This document shows, in pieces, positions 19,781-30,071 of a stretch of DNA of 64,000 nucleotides; position 1 is the stretch's first letter; each line of letters begins with the position of its first letter. The position numbers were made by a program, and so were the translations under genes. Source of the stretch: Microcoleus sp. (GTDB lineage: Bacteria > Cyanobacteriota > Cyanobacteriia > Cyanobacteriales > Microcoleaceae). The stretch covers positions 224,001 to 288,000 of the forward strand of contig JAYFMW010000030.1 in the NCBI GenBank assembly GCA_042408215.1, read 5' to 3'. The notes below the pieces were generated by a model that saw only the letters and a program-made list of their open reading frames with translations, was not told the DNA's origin and did not search any database.

Positions 19781-21656
19781 ACCAATTGATTCAAATTTAA
19801 GCGCCGTCGTCGAACAAATTGAGCAACAAAATCCCGGTTTGTCAGTTTTGGCGGCGCGTCAATTCCGCTGTCCAAGGCGGCAAACACCTTTAGAGGTGAC
19901 AATTAGCGAACCTCGCAGATTTAATGTTCTCGAAGAATTTATCCTCCGAGCTTGCATTGAGTTTGTACCTGCGCCAACTTTGAAAGAATTGGCTGATTTG
20001 CTGGGCTTAGACGAGATTTTTGTGACAACTACGGCGACTACTTTGGTTAGTTTGGATATCTTGGAGGTGTCTGCAACGGGGAAAATTGCGATCGCACCGG
20101 GAGGACGAGAATTTTTCGAGCTAGGTGCTGTTAGTCGATCGCAAATTCAATCAATTTATGCCATTTCCGATCCTTTAAATCAAAGTCTTACCTTTAACTT
20201 CGATTCTTTACCGACACAAACGGTAAACTTGCCAGATTTAGCAGATTTAGTAGGCCTCGAACATAAAATTGCTGACATTGCCAATTTAAGTATAGCAGAA
20301 ATCCACCCACTAATTCAAGCTTCCGGCTTAGGAATTCATGTACCTGAAAACGGCAAAATTGTATCAAAGTTCGATGTAATTGGCGACGATCAAAATATTT
20401 GGCAAACCATCTCAATTTTTGTTTTGTTTGACGCGATCGAAAATAAAACAAATATCCAAGTGCGACAGGGAAAGCAAATATTAGAAACAGCATCAAACCT
20501 GTTAAACGAACTCGAATTTCAAGAAAAAATATCCTTGAATGACTTGTGCAAATTAACAGAAGATGTTATTTTGCAAGAACAAGCAGCAATCCTCGCCAAG
20601 AAAAATCAAGAAGTTGCAGCGCGATTAGCGAAAATTCAAGAAAAAGCACTCTTCACTGTCAAAGAAACTCAGGTAAACACTGACAGCAATAGTTCCCCAA
20701 CGGTAGCAGAAACTGGTACTGTTGTCTTATTGCGCGACAGCGAAATTCGACAGGATTTCCTGAAAACTCTCAAATCTGCACAACAAAACATCTTTATTTA
20801 TTCTCCTTGGGTCACTCCAGAAGTCGTAGACAGCGAGTTTATTAAAATACTCCAAAATCGAGCCGATCGCGGTGTTTGGACTGCCATAGGCTACGGAATT
20901 GCCCGCAAACAGGAGGAAGAAGACAGGCCCATACCGCCAGAACTTGAGGACAAACTTCGACAAGTTAAAACACCAGAAGGATTGTCAGCAGTACAGATAT
21001 TTTGGCTGGGAAATTCCCACGCAAAGGAAGTAATTGTTGACGGTAAAATTCACTTATCCGGTTCTCACAACTGGCTTTCCTATCGGGGAGATAGACTGCC
21101 GCGAGGCGAAACTACCTATAAAGTTACGATTCCCGATTTAGTGCGAGAAGCTGGCGAATATATGGCGAATCGTTTCCAATCTCGCGCGCTGCAAGTGTGG
21201 AAAGAAGCCGTCACAAATCGAGATGTTACTATTGCTGAAAAGTCTTTTTGTCTGTGGGGTGCGTTGGGGATGGAAGCGGACGCGCTGCAACAATTGCAGC
21301 AGGAAAATTGGCTCGAACTTTATCCAATTTGGCTGCAATTAGTATGTCAGAGTTTGAGGTCAAAACAACTCTCTCCTCTGTCGGATTGTTTGGGGGAAGC
21401 GCTTGGTTTATTGAGTCAAATGTCGGCAGCAGACGGGCCTAGTTCGCCGTTGCAGGAGGGATGGCAACAGGTTATGGGTGCGATCGCAATTCTTGACTCA
21501 AAAACTGCCATAACACTGCTAAATGAGGCATCTTGGCCTGAGTTTGTCCGACTGGGAATAGCTGAAGCATCTATGAATTCCCCAGAAGAATTCATTTCAA
21601 AATATAGCAGTTCTAAGGCTCGGAAACCACCTTTGAAGAAAAAAATAAATAAATAA
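19758..21656 (+). CDS. Winged-helix + phospholipase D-like (single HKD) nuclease domain protein
   Basis: TLKELADLLGLD HTH; IYSPWV; SHAKEVIVDG...SGSHNW (HxKxxxxD..GSxN); overlaps the helicase end by 23 bp. Confidence 0.85.
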   Translation: MFLASSTKPIDSNLSAVVEQIEQQNPGLSVLAARQFRCPRRQTPLEVTISEPRRFNVLEEFILRACIEFVPAPTLKELADLLGLDEIFVTTTATTLVSLDILEVSATGKIAIAPGGREFFELGAVSRSQIQSIYAISDPLNQSLTFNFDSLPTQTVNLPDLADLVGLEHKIADIANLSIAEIHPLIQASGLGIHVPENGKIVSKFDVIGDDQNIWQTISIFVLFDAIENKTNIQVRQGKQILETASNLLNELEFQEKISLNDLCKLTEDVILQEQAAILAKKNQEVAARLAKIQEKALFTVKETQVNTDSNSSPTVAETGTVVLLRDSEIRQDFLKTLKSAQQNIFIYSPWVTPEVVDSEFIKILQNRADRGVWTAIGYGIARKQEEEDRPIPPELEDKLRQVKTPEGLSAVQIFWLGNSHAKEVIVDGKIHLSGSHNWLSYRGDRLPRGETTYKVTIPDLVREAGEYMANRFQSRALQVWKEAVTNRDVTIAEKSFCLWGALGMEADALQQLQQENWLELYPIWLQLVCQSLRSKQLSPLSDCLGEALGLLSQMSAADGPSSPLQEGWQQVMGAIAILDSKTAITLLNEASWPEFVRLGIAEASMNSPEEFISKYSSSKARKPPLKKKINK

Positions 21657-21854
21657 GTGATATTGAAAATATAGGGTTGTTATCTCGGTGGGTATCCTGG
21701 CATTTTTATTCGGAATGATTTAACCACAGAGGCCACAGAGGGCACAGAGGAAGAGAAGAGGGAGATGCATAATTCTGAGATCAATAATTTTTATATTAAA
21801 GCTTCTGAAGAACAGGCAATATGCCTGTTCTACAATAATTATGGGAGATGTCTA

Positions 21855-23069
21855 TTACTGAGCTTTAACACATTTCAATATCCGCAAAGTAGCCTCCCCC
21901 GCGTAATTCCGTTTTGCTGAATCATCGGGAGCAAACCGACTTCCAGTTTCATTGAGAGACGAAGCAATAGAACAATCAGAAGACTTTTGAGTAATCATCG
22001 AAGCAGCCCAATGACTTTCAGTGTCTGAAAAAGTTTTAGGTTGCTGCTTAGCAATTAACTCCGGCTTCATTCCCCGTACCGACAAGCCAAATTCCGCCGC
22101 TCTTCGCAGTACCGCTATCTATTCAGCGTGAGTGACTGGCTGCGTAGGTTGAAAAGTTCCATCTTTATAGCCACTCACTATCTTGTTATCCCGCGCAAAT
22201 TTAACTTTACCCGCACTCCAGCGCCAGATATCAACATCGCGGTAGGGAGGGGAAGAAATTTTGCTAGGAAATGTTACATTAGCACCTTGTATTCCTTTCA
22301 AAGATTCCAATACTAAAGATACCAATTGCTCTCTGGTGACAGCAAGTTGTGGTCGAAAAGTATTATCTTGAGAAAACCCCGCTACAAACCCAAGCCCCAC
22401 AGCTTCTTTAATTTCAGGAGCGTAGATATCATTAGCAATATCTCCTCATTTCGGAGTGCCCGTATTGCCGCCAATATTGCCGCCAATATTGCCGCCGGTA
22501 TTGCCGCCAATCTCGGACGGTGCGGGTTGATTGGTCGTGAAATAAAAGTGACCTAATGTGCGGCCTTGATAAGCTCTTTTAGTCAAGCGCCAAGCCGGAT
22601 CTAAAACGATTTTCATGAAGCCATTAGACTCGCCATTAGTTCTACCGATAATCACCGATTTAGCATTAGGGTAGATCGGAGCACCCATGAGTACAACATT
22701 GCCATCAACGGTTTCCAAACTCAGACTGTATTTTAATGCTAAATCAACGCCGGCCATGCGAATAGAAAAGCCGTTGCTGTCAGTAGCACGGCCACAAATG
22801 CCTGTGAAATCAAATGTTACCAATAGCGGATCGACTTTCACGGGATTAGAGCCATTTTCGGTCCAGCACTGCCGCTTATCAGATACCTGTTCGACAATTA
22901 GCAATTGGTAGCCACCCAAAGCACGGGGTTGAGCGATCGCAATTACCCGGTCTTGGTTAATTTCTGTTTCGTCAAAAGTAAATGCGATCGCCCCGCCGAT
23001 AGCGCCCACTGTTAAAAGTGCTGAACTAGCCAGTGCTGCGAAGGTTCGTACCAATGAAAATTTCATCAT
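21855..23069 (-). pseudogene. DUF3747-like + SLH-domain surface protein interrupted by two in-frame stops
   Basis: ORFs 22446-23069, 22119-22400 and 21855-22085 share one frame. Stops are TGA 22448-22446 and TAG 22121-22119. SLH motifs are FRPQLAVTREQ, GYKDGTFQPTQPVT and FSDTESHWA. Confidence 0.82.
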
Positions 23070-23336
23070 TTTTCGCTATTTCCACTTATTTTGATTCTAC
23101 ATTTCCACAAAAGACTTGCAAAAATCTATTTCATCTGCGTTAATCTGCGTTAATCCGCTTTGCTCTGCGGTGAAAAATAAAAACATCAGATTTTGGCAAA
23201 AAGTCTAATACAACCATGTCTCGATCGCCAGACAACAAATAGAATTTTACCAGGCCCCAAATACTTATACAAAAAATGGTGCGTTACGCTTCACTAACGC
23301 ACCAATTCAGCGCCGTCGGTTCAAAAATTGCCTGGT

Positions 23337-24329
23337 TTAGCGAAACATACTGCTAACCGAACTATCTTCGTGAATCCGCCAAATAGTTTCTCCCAGCAAA
23401 TTCGCCACCGAAAGCACAGTCAACTGCGGGAAATGGTGTTCTTCTGGCACAGGAATGGTATTTGTCACAATCACCTCTTCCAACACTCCACTCGACAAAC
23501 GCTCGATCGCCGGAGGCGAAAACACCGCATGAGTAGCACAAGCATAAACCTGCCTCGCGCCCTCGCGGCGCAACAGCCTCGCACCCTCAGAAATCGTGCC
23601 CGCAGTATCGATCATATCGTCCACTAACACCGCTGTTTTACCTTTCACATCCCCGATCACGTTCATCACTTCCGCCACATTGTGAGCTTGACGGCGCTTG
23701 TCAATAATTGCCAGAGGCGCGTCGTTCAGCTTTTTCGCAAAAGCCCTCGCCCTTGCGACACCGCCGACATCCGGCGAAACCACAACAATATCCGTCAACT
23801 GCTTGCTCTTGAGATAATCTAGGAGTATGGGCGACCCGTAAACGTGGTCAAAAGGAATGTCAAAATAACCTTGAATTTGAGCCGAGTGCAAATCCATCGC
23901 CAAAATCCGACCGGCCCCAGCCTCAGTAATCAAATTCGCCACCAACTTCGCAGTAATCGACTCTCGCCCGGCTGTTTTGCGATCGGCCCTAGCATACCCA
24001 TAGTAAGGAATCACGGCAGTAACTTGCCTTGCCGAAGCGCGGCGACAAGCATCGATCATAATTAACAATTCCATGAGACGATCGTTTACCGGACAGCAAG
24101 TTGGCTGAATCAAGTAGACATCGCAACCCCGAATGGATTCTTGAATTTGAACGTAGAGTTCTCCATCAGCGAACCGCTTGCGAACCATCGGCCCCAAATC
24201 GATCCCCAGATAGCGAGCCACCTCTTGGGCGAGGGGAACATTAGCAGAACCAGAGAACAGCCGCAGACGGTCATGAGCGGAAGCCGGCGGCTCTGGAAGC
24301 GGAAGCGGTAAAGTAGCAGAACGGATCAC
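23337..24329 (-). CDS. prs: Ribose-phosphate pyrophosphokinase
   Basis: FADGE, PYYGYARADRK, DLHSAQIQG, VSPDVGG, VDDMIDTAGT. Confidence 0.98.
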   Translation of the reverse strand: MIRSATLPLPLPEPPASAHDRLRLFSGSANVPLAQEVARYLGIDLGPMVRKRFADGELYVQIQESIRGCDVYLIQPTCCPVNDRLMELLIMIDACRRASARQVTAVIPYYGYARADRKTAGRESITAKLVANLITEAGAGRILAMDLHSAQIQGYFDIPFDHVYGSPILLDYLKSKQLTDIVVVSPDVGGVARARAFAKKLNDAPLAIIDKRRQAHNVAEVMNVIGDVKGKTAVLVDDMIDTAGTISEGARLLRREGARQVYACATHAVFSPPAIERLSSGVLEEVIVTNTIPVPEEHHFPQLTVLSVANLLGETIWRIHEDSSVSSMFR

Positions 24330-24490
24330 AGCAGGCCTCTTGCAGGACGTTTATTTTACGGTTATCTTACCACTTCAAACTCGAAATATGCAGCAGTAAA
24401 TTTTCCTAAGTTTCAGACGTGCAAAGGAAAAATTTTATACCATGTCGATTTTTTTTAGCCTGCGACGAGAATCGGGGCGATCGAAATGAC

Positions 24491-24779
24491 TTGACATACT
24501 CACTGCCCTAAAAGTGCAGTGATTCTTGACAGTTCATCGGGATGTGCTACCGAAGTAGTCTTACCTTCCCTCCTTGTCCGTTTAAAGTCTCCCAATGCCC
24601 TAGGGCGACTTTGTACTCTTGCTTCCGGGTTGGAGTCAACCATTGCCCTTTTGGCTGTCCCTAAGTTTGCTCTCATCGTAGCTGTTTCAACGTGTCTTGA
24701 GCCTAGAGATCCTCTGAGTATCTGAGTATTCTAACACAAAGCCGTCCTACAAGGACGGGGTTTTAAACCCAATTTTCTG
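24491..24779 (-). mobile_element. Non-autonomous TnpB-type mini-element, second family (left end + omega-RNA/right end)
   Basis: Minus strand: TTTAT|CAGAAAATTGGGTTTAAAACCCCGTCCTTGTAGGACGG...GGTAAGACTACTTCGGTAGC...GATGAACTGTCAAGAATCACTGCACTTTTAGGGCAGTGAGTATGTCAA. Confidence 0.8.
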
Positions 24780-24876
24780 ATAAATACGCAATAAACTGGA
24801 AAAATACTGTAAAAAAAGTTAAGAATCTGAGGCAAGCGTCCAGATTTTTGATACTAGCAAAGCCCGGGGAAAATAG

Positions 24877-25335
24877 ATGAGCTTAAGAGAACGCATTGAC
24901 GCCGAAATCAAAGCAGCCATGAAGTCCAAGGACAAAGTTCGCTTGGAAACAGTTCGCAGCATCAAGAAATTTATTCTCGAAAAAGAAGTCAGCCTTCGTC
25001 CTTCGGGGCAGGAAACGCTGACAGAAGCTCAAGAAATGGAAATTTTGGTGCAAATAGCGAAGCAGCGCCGGGATTCGATCGAACAATACCGCAAAGGTGG
25101 CCGCGAAGATTTAGTGGCACAAGAGGCGGCGGAGTTGGCAATTGTTGAAGAATATTTGCCACGTCAGATGTCTGACGAAGAGGTGAGTGCAGTCATTGAC
25201 GAAGTTATTGCTTCGCTTGGGGCGACTTCTGCAAAAGATCTGGGCAAGGTGATGGGGGCGGCGATGCAGCAGCTTAAAGGTAAAGCAGATGGCAAGAAAA
25301 TTCAAGACGCGGTGAAAGCAAAGCTTAGTCATTAG
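24877..25335 (+). CDS. GatB/YqeY domain protein
   Basis: AMKSKDK.RL, KQRRDSIEQY..GGREDL, YLP, DLGKVMG. Confidence 0.93.
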   Translation: MSLRERIDAEIKAAMKSKDKVRLETVRSIKKFILEKEVSLRPSGQETLTEAQEMEILVQIAKQRRDSIEQYRKGGREDLVAQEAAELAIVEEYLPRQMSDEEVSAVIDEVIASLGATSAKDLGKVMGAAMQQLKGKADGKKIQDAVKAKLSH

Positions 25336-25418
25336 TCATTAGTCCTTAGTCAGCAGTCATTAGTCAGCAGTCAGCAGTCCTTAGTCAGCAGTCATTAGTC
25401 AGCAGTCAGCAGTCAGCA
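25326..25418. repeat. STRR heptamer array (TAGTCAT/CAGTCAG)
   Basis: Overlaps the yqeY stop codon. Confidence 0.85.
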
Positions 25419-25634
25419 GGAAAAATGCAGGGGCAAACCCCCGTGGTAGCCCCTGCTTTATTTCAAGGTTGCTCCTGCTGAAACCAGCAAAAAAAACTGG
25501 TTTCTCAAAGTTGCGTAAAAAAAAGTAAAATGCTAACTTTGGTCGGGACTGGCAGGTAAAGAATGTGAAGTATGCTTTTGAGCCTGAAAAATCTAGCAGT
25601 CTAACTCTCTTATTTTAAACATTGTCTACTTAAA

Positions 25635-27344
25635 ATGATACAGCCACCTATTGCTATTGGAACTCTCCTACAAAACCGTTACCGCTTACTGAATATTTTA
25701 GGTCAAGGAGGATTTGGCCGCACTTATTTAGTAGAAGACTTGGGGCGGTTTCAAGAACGTTGCGCCCTGAAGGAATTTATTCCGGTGCAAAGTGGGCCTT
25801 ATGTTTTGGAAAAGTCGAAGGAGTTGTTTCAAAGAGAGGCGGCAATTCTTTATCAAATTCAGCACCCGCAAATTCCCCAGTTTCGGGCAATATTTGAGGA
25901 GAATCAGCGTTTATTTTTGGTGCAGGATTACGTCGAAGGGAAAACTTACCGGGAAATACTGCTCGATCGCACTTCAACGGGCCACACCTTCAGTGAAGCC
26001 GAAGTCCTGGTATTTATCCGGCAAATGTTACCTGTGCTGGCTCACATCCACGCCCGCGGCATCATTCACCGCGACATCTCGCCGGAAAACATTATTCTCC
26101 GTGAAAATGACAAAATGCCGGTGCTGATTGACTTTGGGGTAGTGAAGGAACTCGCCACCAAAGTACAGTCTCCCGAAGGCACAGCCCACGCAACAACTGT
26201 GGGTAAAATCGGTTACGCGCCGATCGAACAATTGCAAAGCGGGCGAGCCACAGCCAGCAGCGACCTCTACGCTTTAGCAGTAACAGCGATCGTCCTGCTG
26301 ACAGGGAAAGAACCCCAAGAATTACTCGATCAAACCACCCTGCTGTGGAATTGGCAGCAGCGAGTGCAGGTAAGTACAGATTTGACTTTGGTGTTAAATC
26401 GGATGTTGAGCCGCAGTCCAGCCGATCGCTATCAATCAGTCAGCGAAGTCGCCAAAGCACTCGACGGACAAACGAATCCCTATGCTAACCCCCAAACCGT
26501 AGCCCCGACTCAGCCACCGATGTCGTCCAATGTTTCGCAAGTAGCAACGGTAGCCGTGGGGAGGCGGCCAGATTCGATCGCCCAAAGTTCCCACTCACCA
26601 AACCAGCCAGGTCCAGTCATCGAGCCTGGAAGCGGTTCTTTGTGGGACAATCCAATGGCTGCGATCGGCATCGGTGCAGGTTTAGTCATCTTGACCGGCT
26701 TCGGTTCCTGGGCCTTAGTAGGTTCATTTCTGAATAAGGGGTCACAGCCAACCCCGACCCCACCAGCACTCACAAGTCCAACCCCAGAAACGTCGCCGAC
26801 ACCAACTCCAGAACCGTCGCCGACACCAGCCCCAGAACCAGCCCCAGAAACAGCCCCAGAAACAGTCCCAGAAACAGCCCCAGAAACAGCCCCAGAAACA
26901 GTCCCAGAAACAGCCCCAGAAACAGCCCCAGAAACAGTCCCAGAAACAGTCCCAGAAACAGCCCCAGAAACAGCCCCAGAAACAGTCCCAGAAACAGCCC
27001 CAGAAACAGCCCCAGAAACAGTCCCAGAAACAGCACCGACGCCAGCACCAGCACCCGCGCCAACTCCCGCACCAGCGCCGTCGCCAGCACCAGCGCCAAC
27101 TCCAGCGCCCAAACCGACGCCAGCACCAGCACCAGCGCCAACTCCCGCACCAGCGCCAACTCCCGCACCAGCACCCGCGCCATCGCCCGAACCAGTGCCA
27201 ACTCCCGCACCAGCACCCGCGCCATCGCCCGAACCAGCGCCAACTCCCGCACCGGCACCCGCGCCATCGCCCGAACCAGCGCCAACTCCCGCACCAGCAC
27301 CCGCGCCGGCTGAAAATCCCACCCAACCATCGCCTCCTCTTTAG
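25635..27344 (+). CDS. Membrane Ser/Thr kinase with long Pro/Ala/Thr/Glu-rich repeat tail
   Basis: LGQGGFGRT, HRDISPEN, IDFG; TM helix; (PETA/PETV)n and (PAPTPA)n repeats. Confidence 0.92.
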   Translation: MIQPPIAIGTLLQNRYRLLNILGQGGFGRTYLVEDLGRFQERCALKEFIPVQSGPYVLEKSKELFQREAAILYQIQHPQIPQFRAIFEENQRLFLVQDYVEGKTYREILLDRTSTGHTFSEAEVLVFIRQMLPVLAHIHARGIIHRDISPENIILRENDKMPVLIDFGVVKELATKVQSPEGTAHATTVGKIGYAPIEQLQSGRATASSDLYALAVTAIVLLTGKEPQELLDQTTLLWNWQQRVQVSTDLTLVLNRMLSRSPADRYQSVSEVAKALDGQTNPYANPQTVAPTQPPMSSNVSQVATVAVGRRPDSIAQSSHSPNQPGPVIEPGSGSLWDNPMAAIGIGAGLVILTGFGSWALVGSFLNKGSQPTPTPPALTSPTPETSPTPTPEPSPTPAPEPAPETAPETVPETAPETAPETVPETAPETAPETVPETVPETAPETAPETVPETAPETAPETVPETAPTPAPAPAPTPAPAPSPAPAPTPAPKPTPAPAPAPTPAPAPTPAPAPAPSPEPVPTPAPAPAPSPEPAPTPAPAPAPSPEPAPTPAPAPAPAENPTQPSPPL

Positions 27345-27410
27345 AGGCTTCTGGCAAAATTCCCCTAGACTGAAGTTGAGACCAATTACCCATTACCTAT
27401 TAGCTATTTA

Positions 27411-28118
27411 ATGAACTCCCTGCTAATTGCTGGAACTGATACCGACGCCGGCAAAACTGTTTTGACGAGTGCTCTGGCTGCTTATTGGCAAATGTATGTT
27501 TCCGATCGCAGTTTGGGAATTATGAAACTGTTGCAAACAGGAACAGGCGATCGCGAACTCTACACCCGTTTATTTGCCCTCGACCAAACCCCCGAAGAAC
27601 TCAACCCGCTGCACTTCAGCGCCCCTGTAGCACCCCCGATTGCCGCCGAACGGGAAGCCCGACATATTGAGTTAGAAAAGGTCTGGAAGGCGCTGCAAAG
27701 CCTCACTGAGCGCAAGGATTTTGTGTTGGTGGAGGCTTTGGGAGGGCTGGGTTCCCCTGTAACACGGGAACTGACGGTGGCTGACATTGCCAGAGATTGG
27801 CGGATGAGGGGGGTTTTGGTAGTCCCGGTGAGGTTGGGGGCGATCGGGCAAGCTGTAGCGAATGTTGCTCTCGCCAGACACAGCGGCTTTAACCTCAGAG
27901 GTATTGTCCTCAACTGTGTTCAAGCTTCTTCCGAACAAGAAATTGCGGATTGGACACCCATCGACTTAATCGAGTCCCTAACTCAAATCCCTGTTTTGGG
28001 TATTTTGCCCCATTTAGATGACCCAAATGACCTTGCCAAATTAGCTCAAGCTGCTTCAGAATTAGATTTAGAAAGATTGTTACATGGGGTCAATTTGGTT
28101 GCTCAGACTTTAAAATAA
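27411..28118 (+). CDS. bioD: Dethiobiotin synthase
   Basis: IAGTDTDAGKT, VEALGGLGSP. Confidence 0.93.
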   Translation: MNSLLIAGTDTDAGKTVLTSALAAYWQMYVSDRSLGIMKLLQTGTGDRELYTRLFALDQTPEELNPLHFSAPVAPPIAAEREARHIELEKVWKALQSLTERKDFVLVEALGGLGSPVTRELTVADIARDWRMRGVLVVPVRLGAIGQAVANVALARHSGFNLRGIVLNCVQASSEQEIADWTPIDLIESLTQIPVLGILPHLDDPNDLAKLAQAASELDLERLLHGVNLVAQTLK

Positions 28119-28123
28119 CCCTA

Positions 28124-28838
28124 TTCTCAAAACATCTCTTTTTCAATCTGATCTTTCTCTGCGTACTCTGCGGCCTCTGTGGTGAAAAACTCAGATTTTA
28201 TTTGAACCGCAGAGAGCGCAGAGAGCGCAGAGAAGGAAAAGAGAGGGTTTCACACATTATTCAGAATTCTCAACACCTCTCTTTTTCAATCTGATCTTTC
28301 TCTGTGTACTCTGTGCCCTCTGTGGTAAAAAACTCAGATTTTATTTGAACCGCAGAGAGCGCCGAGAGCACAGAGAAGGAAAAGAGAGAGTTTCACAAAT
28401 TATTCAGAATTCTCAACACCTCTCTTTTTCAATCTGATCTTTCTCTGCGTACTCTGCGCCCTCTGTGGTGAAAAACTCAGATTTTATTTGAACCGCAGAG
28501 AGCGCCGAGAGCGCAGAGAAGGAAAAGAGAGGGTTTCACAAATTATTCAGAATTCTCAAAACCTCTCTTTTTCAATCTGATCTTTCTCTGCGTACTCTGC
28601 GCCCTCTGTGGTAAAAAACTCAGATTTTATTTGAACCGCAGAGAGCGCCGAGAGCGCCGAGAAGGAAAAGAGAGGGTTTCACAAATTATTCAGAATTCTC
28701 AACACCTCTCTTTTTCAATCTGATCTTTCTCTGCGTACTCTGCGGCCTCTGTGGTGAAAAACTCAGATTTTATTTGAACCGCAGAGAGCGCAGAGAGCGC
28801 AGAGAAGGAAAAGAGAGGGTTTCACACATTATTCAGAA
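28124..28838. repeat. Tandem array of 5 x 143-bp near-identical units, each with an internal inverted repeat
   Basis: Unit starts at 28124, 28267, 28410, 28553, 28696. Confidence 0.95.
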
Positions 28839-28851
28839 AGGAGCATAAAAA

Positions 28852-30066
28852 ATGGTTTCTACTTTGCCTAATTTAACTTCTGTTGATTTATCTCAATTGC
28901 GGCTTGAGATTAGAAATTTGCAGCCTCAGTTAGTGGAATGGCGTCGCCGTTTGCACCAAAAACCTGAGTTGAGTTTTGCGGAAAATTTAACGGCGGAGTT
29001 TGTATCGCAAAAGTTGCAGGAATGGGGAATTGAGCATCAAACTGGTATTGCTCAAACTGGGATTGTCGCCACTATCGACAGCGGCAAACCTGGGCCTGTT
29101 TTGGCAATTCGAGCTGATATGGATGCTTTGCCGATTCAAGAGGAAAATGAGGTATGTTATCGATCGCAACATAACGGAATTATGCACGCTTGTGGCCATG
29201 ATGGTCATATTGCGATCGCCCTCGGTACTGCTTGTTATCTAGCTAAGCACAAACACAGCTTTTCGGGCACTGTAAAAATTATCTTCCAGCCAGCGGAAGA
29301 AGGCCCTGGCGGTGCGAAGCCGATGATTGAAGCCGGAGTTTTAAGGAATCCTGACGTTGATGCGATCGTCGGCTTGCATTTGTGGAACAATCTGCCTTTA
29401 GGCACTGTAGGCGTCCGTAGCGGCGCGCTGATGGCCGCAGTGGAAATTTTTGATTGCACAATTTTGGGCAAAGGTGGACACGGTGGGATGCCGCATCAGA
29501 CTGTAGATTCGATCGTAGTTGCAGCCCAAATTGTCAATGCTTTGCAGGCAATTGTAGCGCGGAATATCGATCCGATCGACTCCGCAGTAGTAACCGTCGG
29601 CACATTCCACGCAGGCCACACCCACAACGTCATTGCTGATACCGCTCAAATGGGCGGCACGGTGCGTTATTTCAATCCAGCATATCAAGGTTATTTTGAC
29701 AAGCGAATCGAGCAAGTAATTGCCGGAATTTGTCAGAGTCACGGGGCTAATTATCAATTAGATTATTATTCGCTTTACCCGCCGGTAATCAACGATGCTA
29801 ACATGGCTGAATTGGTGCGTAGTGTTGCAGAATCCGTTGTGGAAACTCCAGCGGGAATCGTGCCGGAATGTCAAACTATGGGCGGGGAAGATATGTCATT
29901 CTTTTTGCAAGAAGTGCCCGGTTGCTATTTCTTTTTGGGTTCGGCAAATCAGGAGAAAAATTTGGCTTACCCGCACCACCACCCGCGTTTTGATTTTGAT
30001 GAAACTGCTTTGGGGATGGGTGTAGAAATGTTTGTGCGCTGTGTAGAAAAGTTTTGTGTGATGTGA
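28852..30066 (+). CDS. M20D amidohydrolase (N-acyl-L-amino acid amidohydrolase-like)
   Basis: RRRLHQKPELS, RADMDALP, MHACGHDGH, FQPAEEG, GEDM, HHHPRFDFDE. Confidence 0.93.
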   Translation: MVSTLPNLTSVDLSQLRLEIRNLQPQLVEWRRRLHQKPELSFAENLTAEFVSQKLQEWGIEHQTGIAQTGIVATIDSGKPGPVLAIRADMDALPIQEENEVCYRSQHNGIMHACGHDGHIAIALGTACYLAKHKHSFSGTVKIIFQPAEEGPGGAKPMIEAGVLRNPDVDAIVGLHLWNNLPLGTVGVRSGALMAAVEIFDCTILGKGGHGGMPHQTVDSIVVAAQIVNALQAIVARNIDPIDSAVVTVGTFHAGHTHNVIADTAQMGGTVRYFNPAYQGYFDKRIEQVIAGICQSHGANYQLDYYSLYPPVINDANMAELVRSVAESVVETPAGIVPECQTMGGEDMSFFLQEVPGCYFFLGSANQEKNLAYPHHHPRFDFDETALGMGVEMFVRCVEKFCVM

Positions 30067-30071
30067 ATAAG

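Noticed and set aside
15046..23100. Integrated element at tRNA-His
   Set aside because: No integrase and no duplicated tRNA 3' end (att site) found in the window.
26510..27393. Antisense repeat ORFs (GAG/WC/LFLG-rich)
   Set aside because: Shadows of the kinase Pro-rich repeat.
28124..28838. CRISPR array
   Set aside because: Units are near-identical over the full 143 bp, with no unique spacers and no cas genes.
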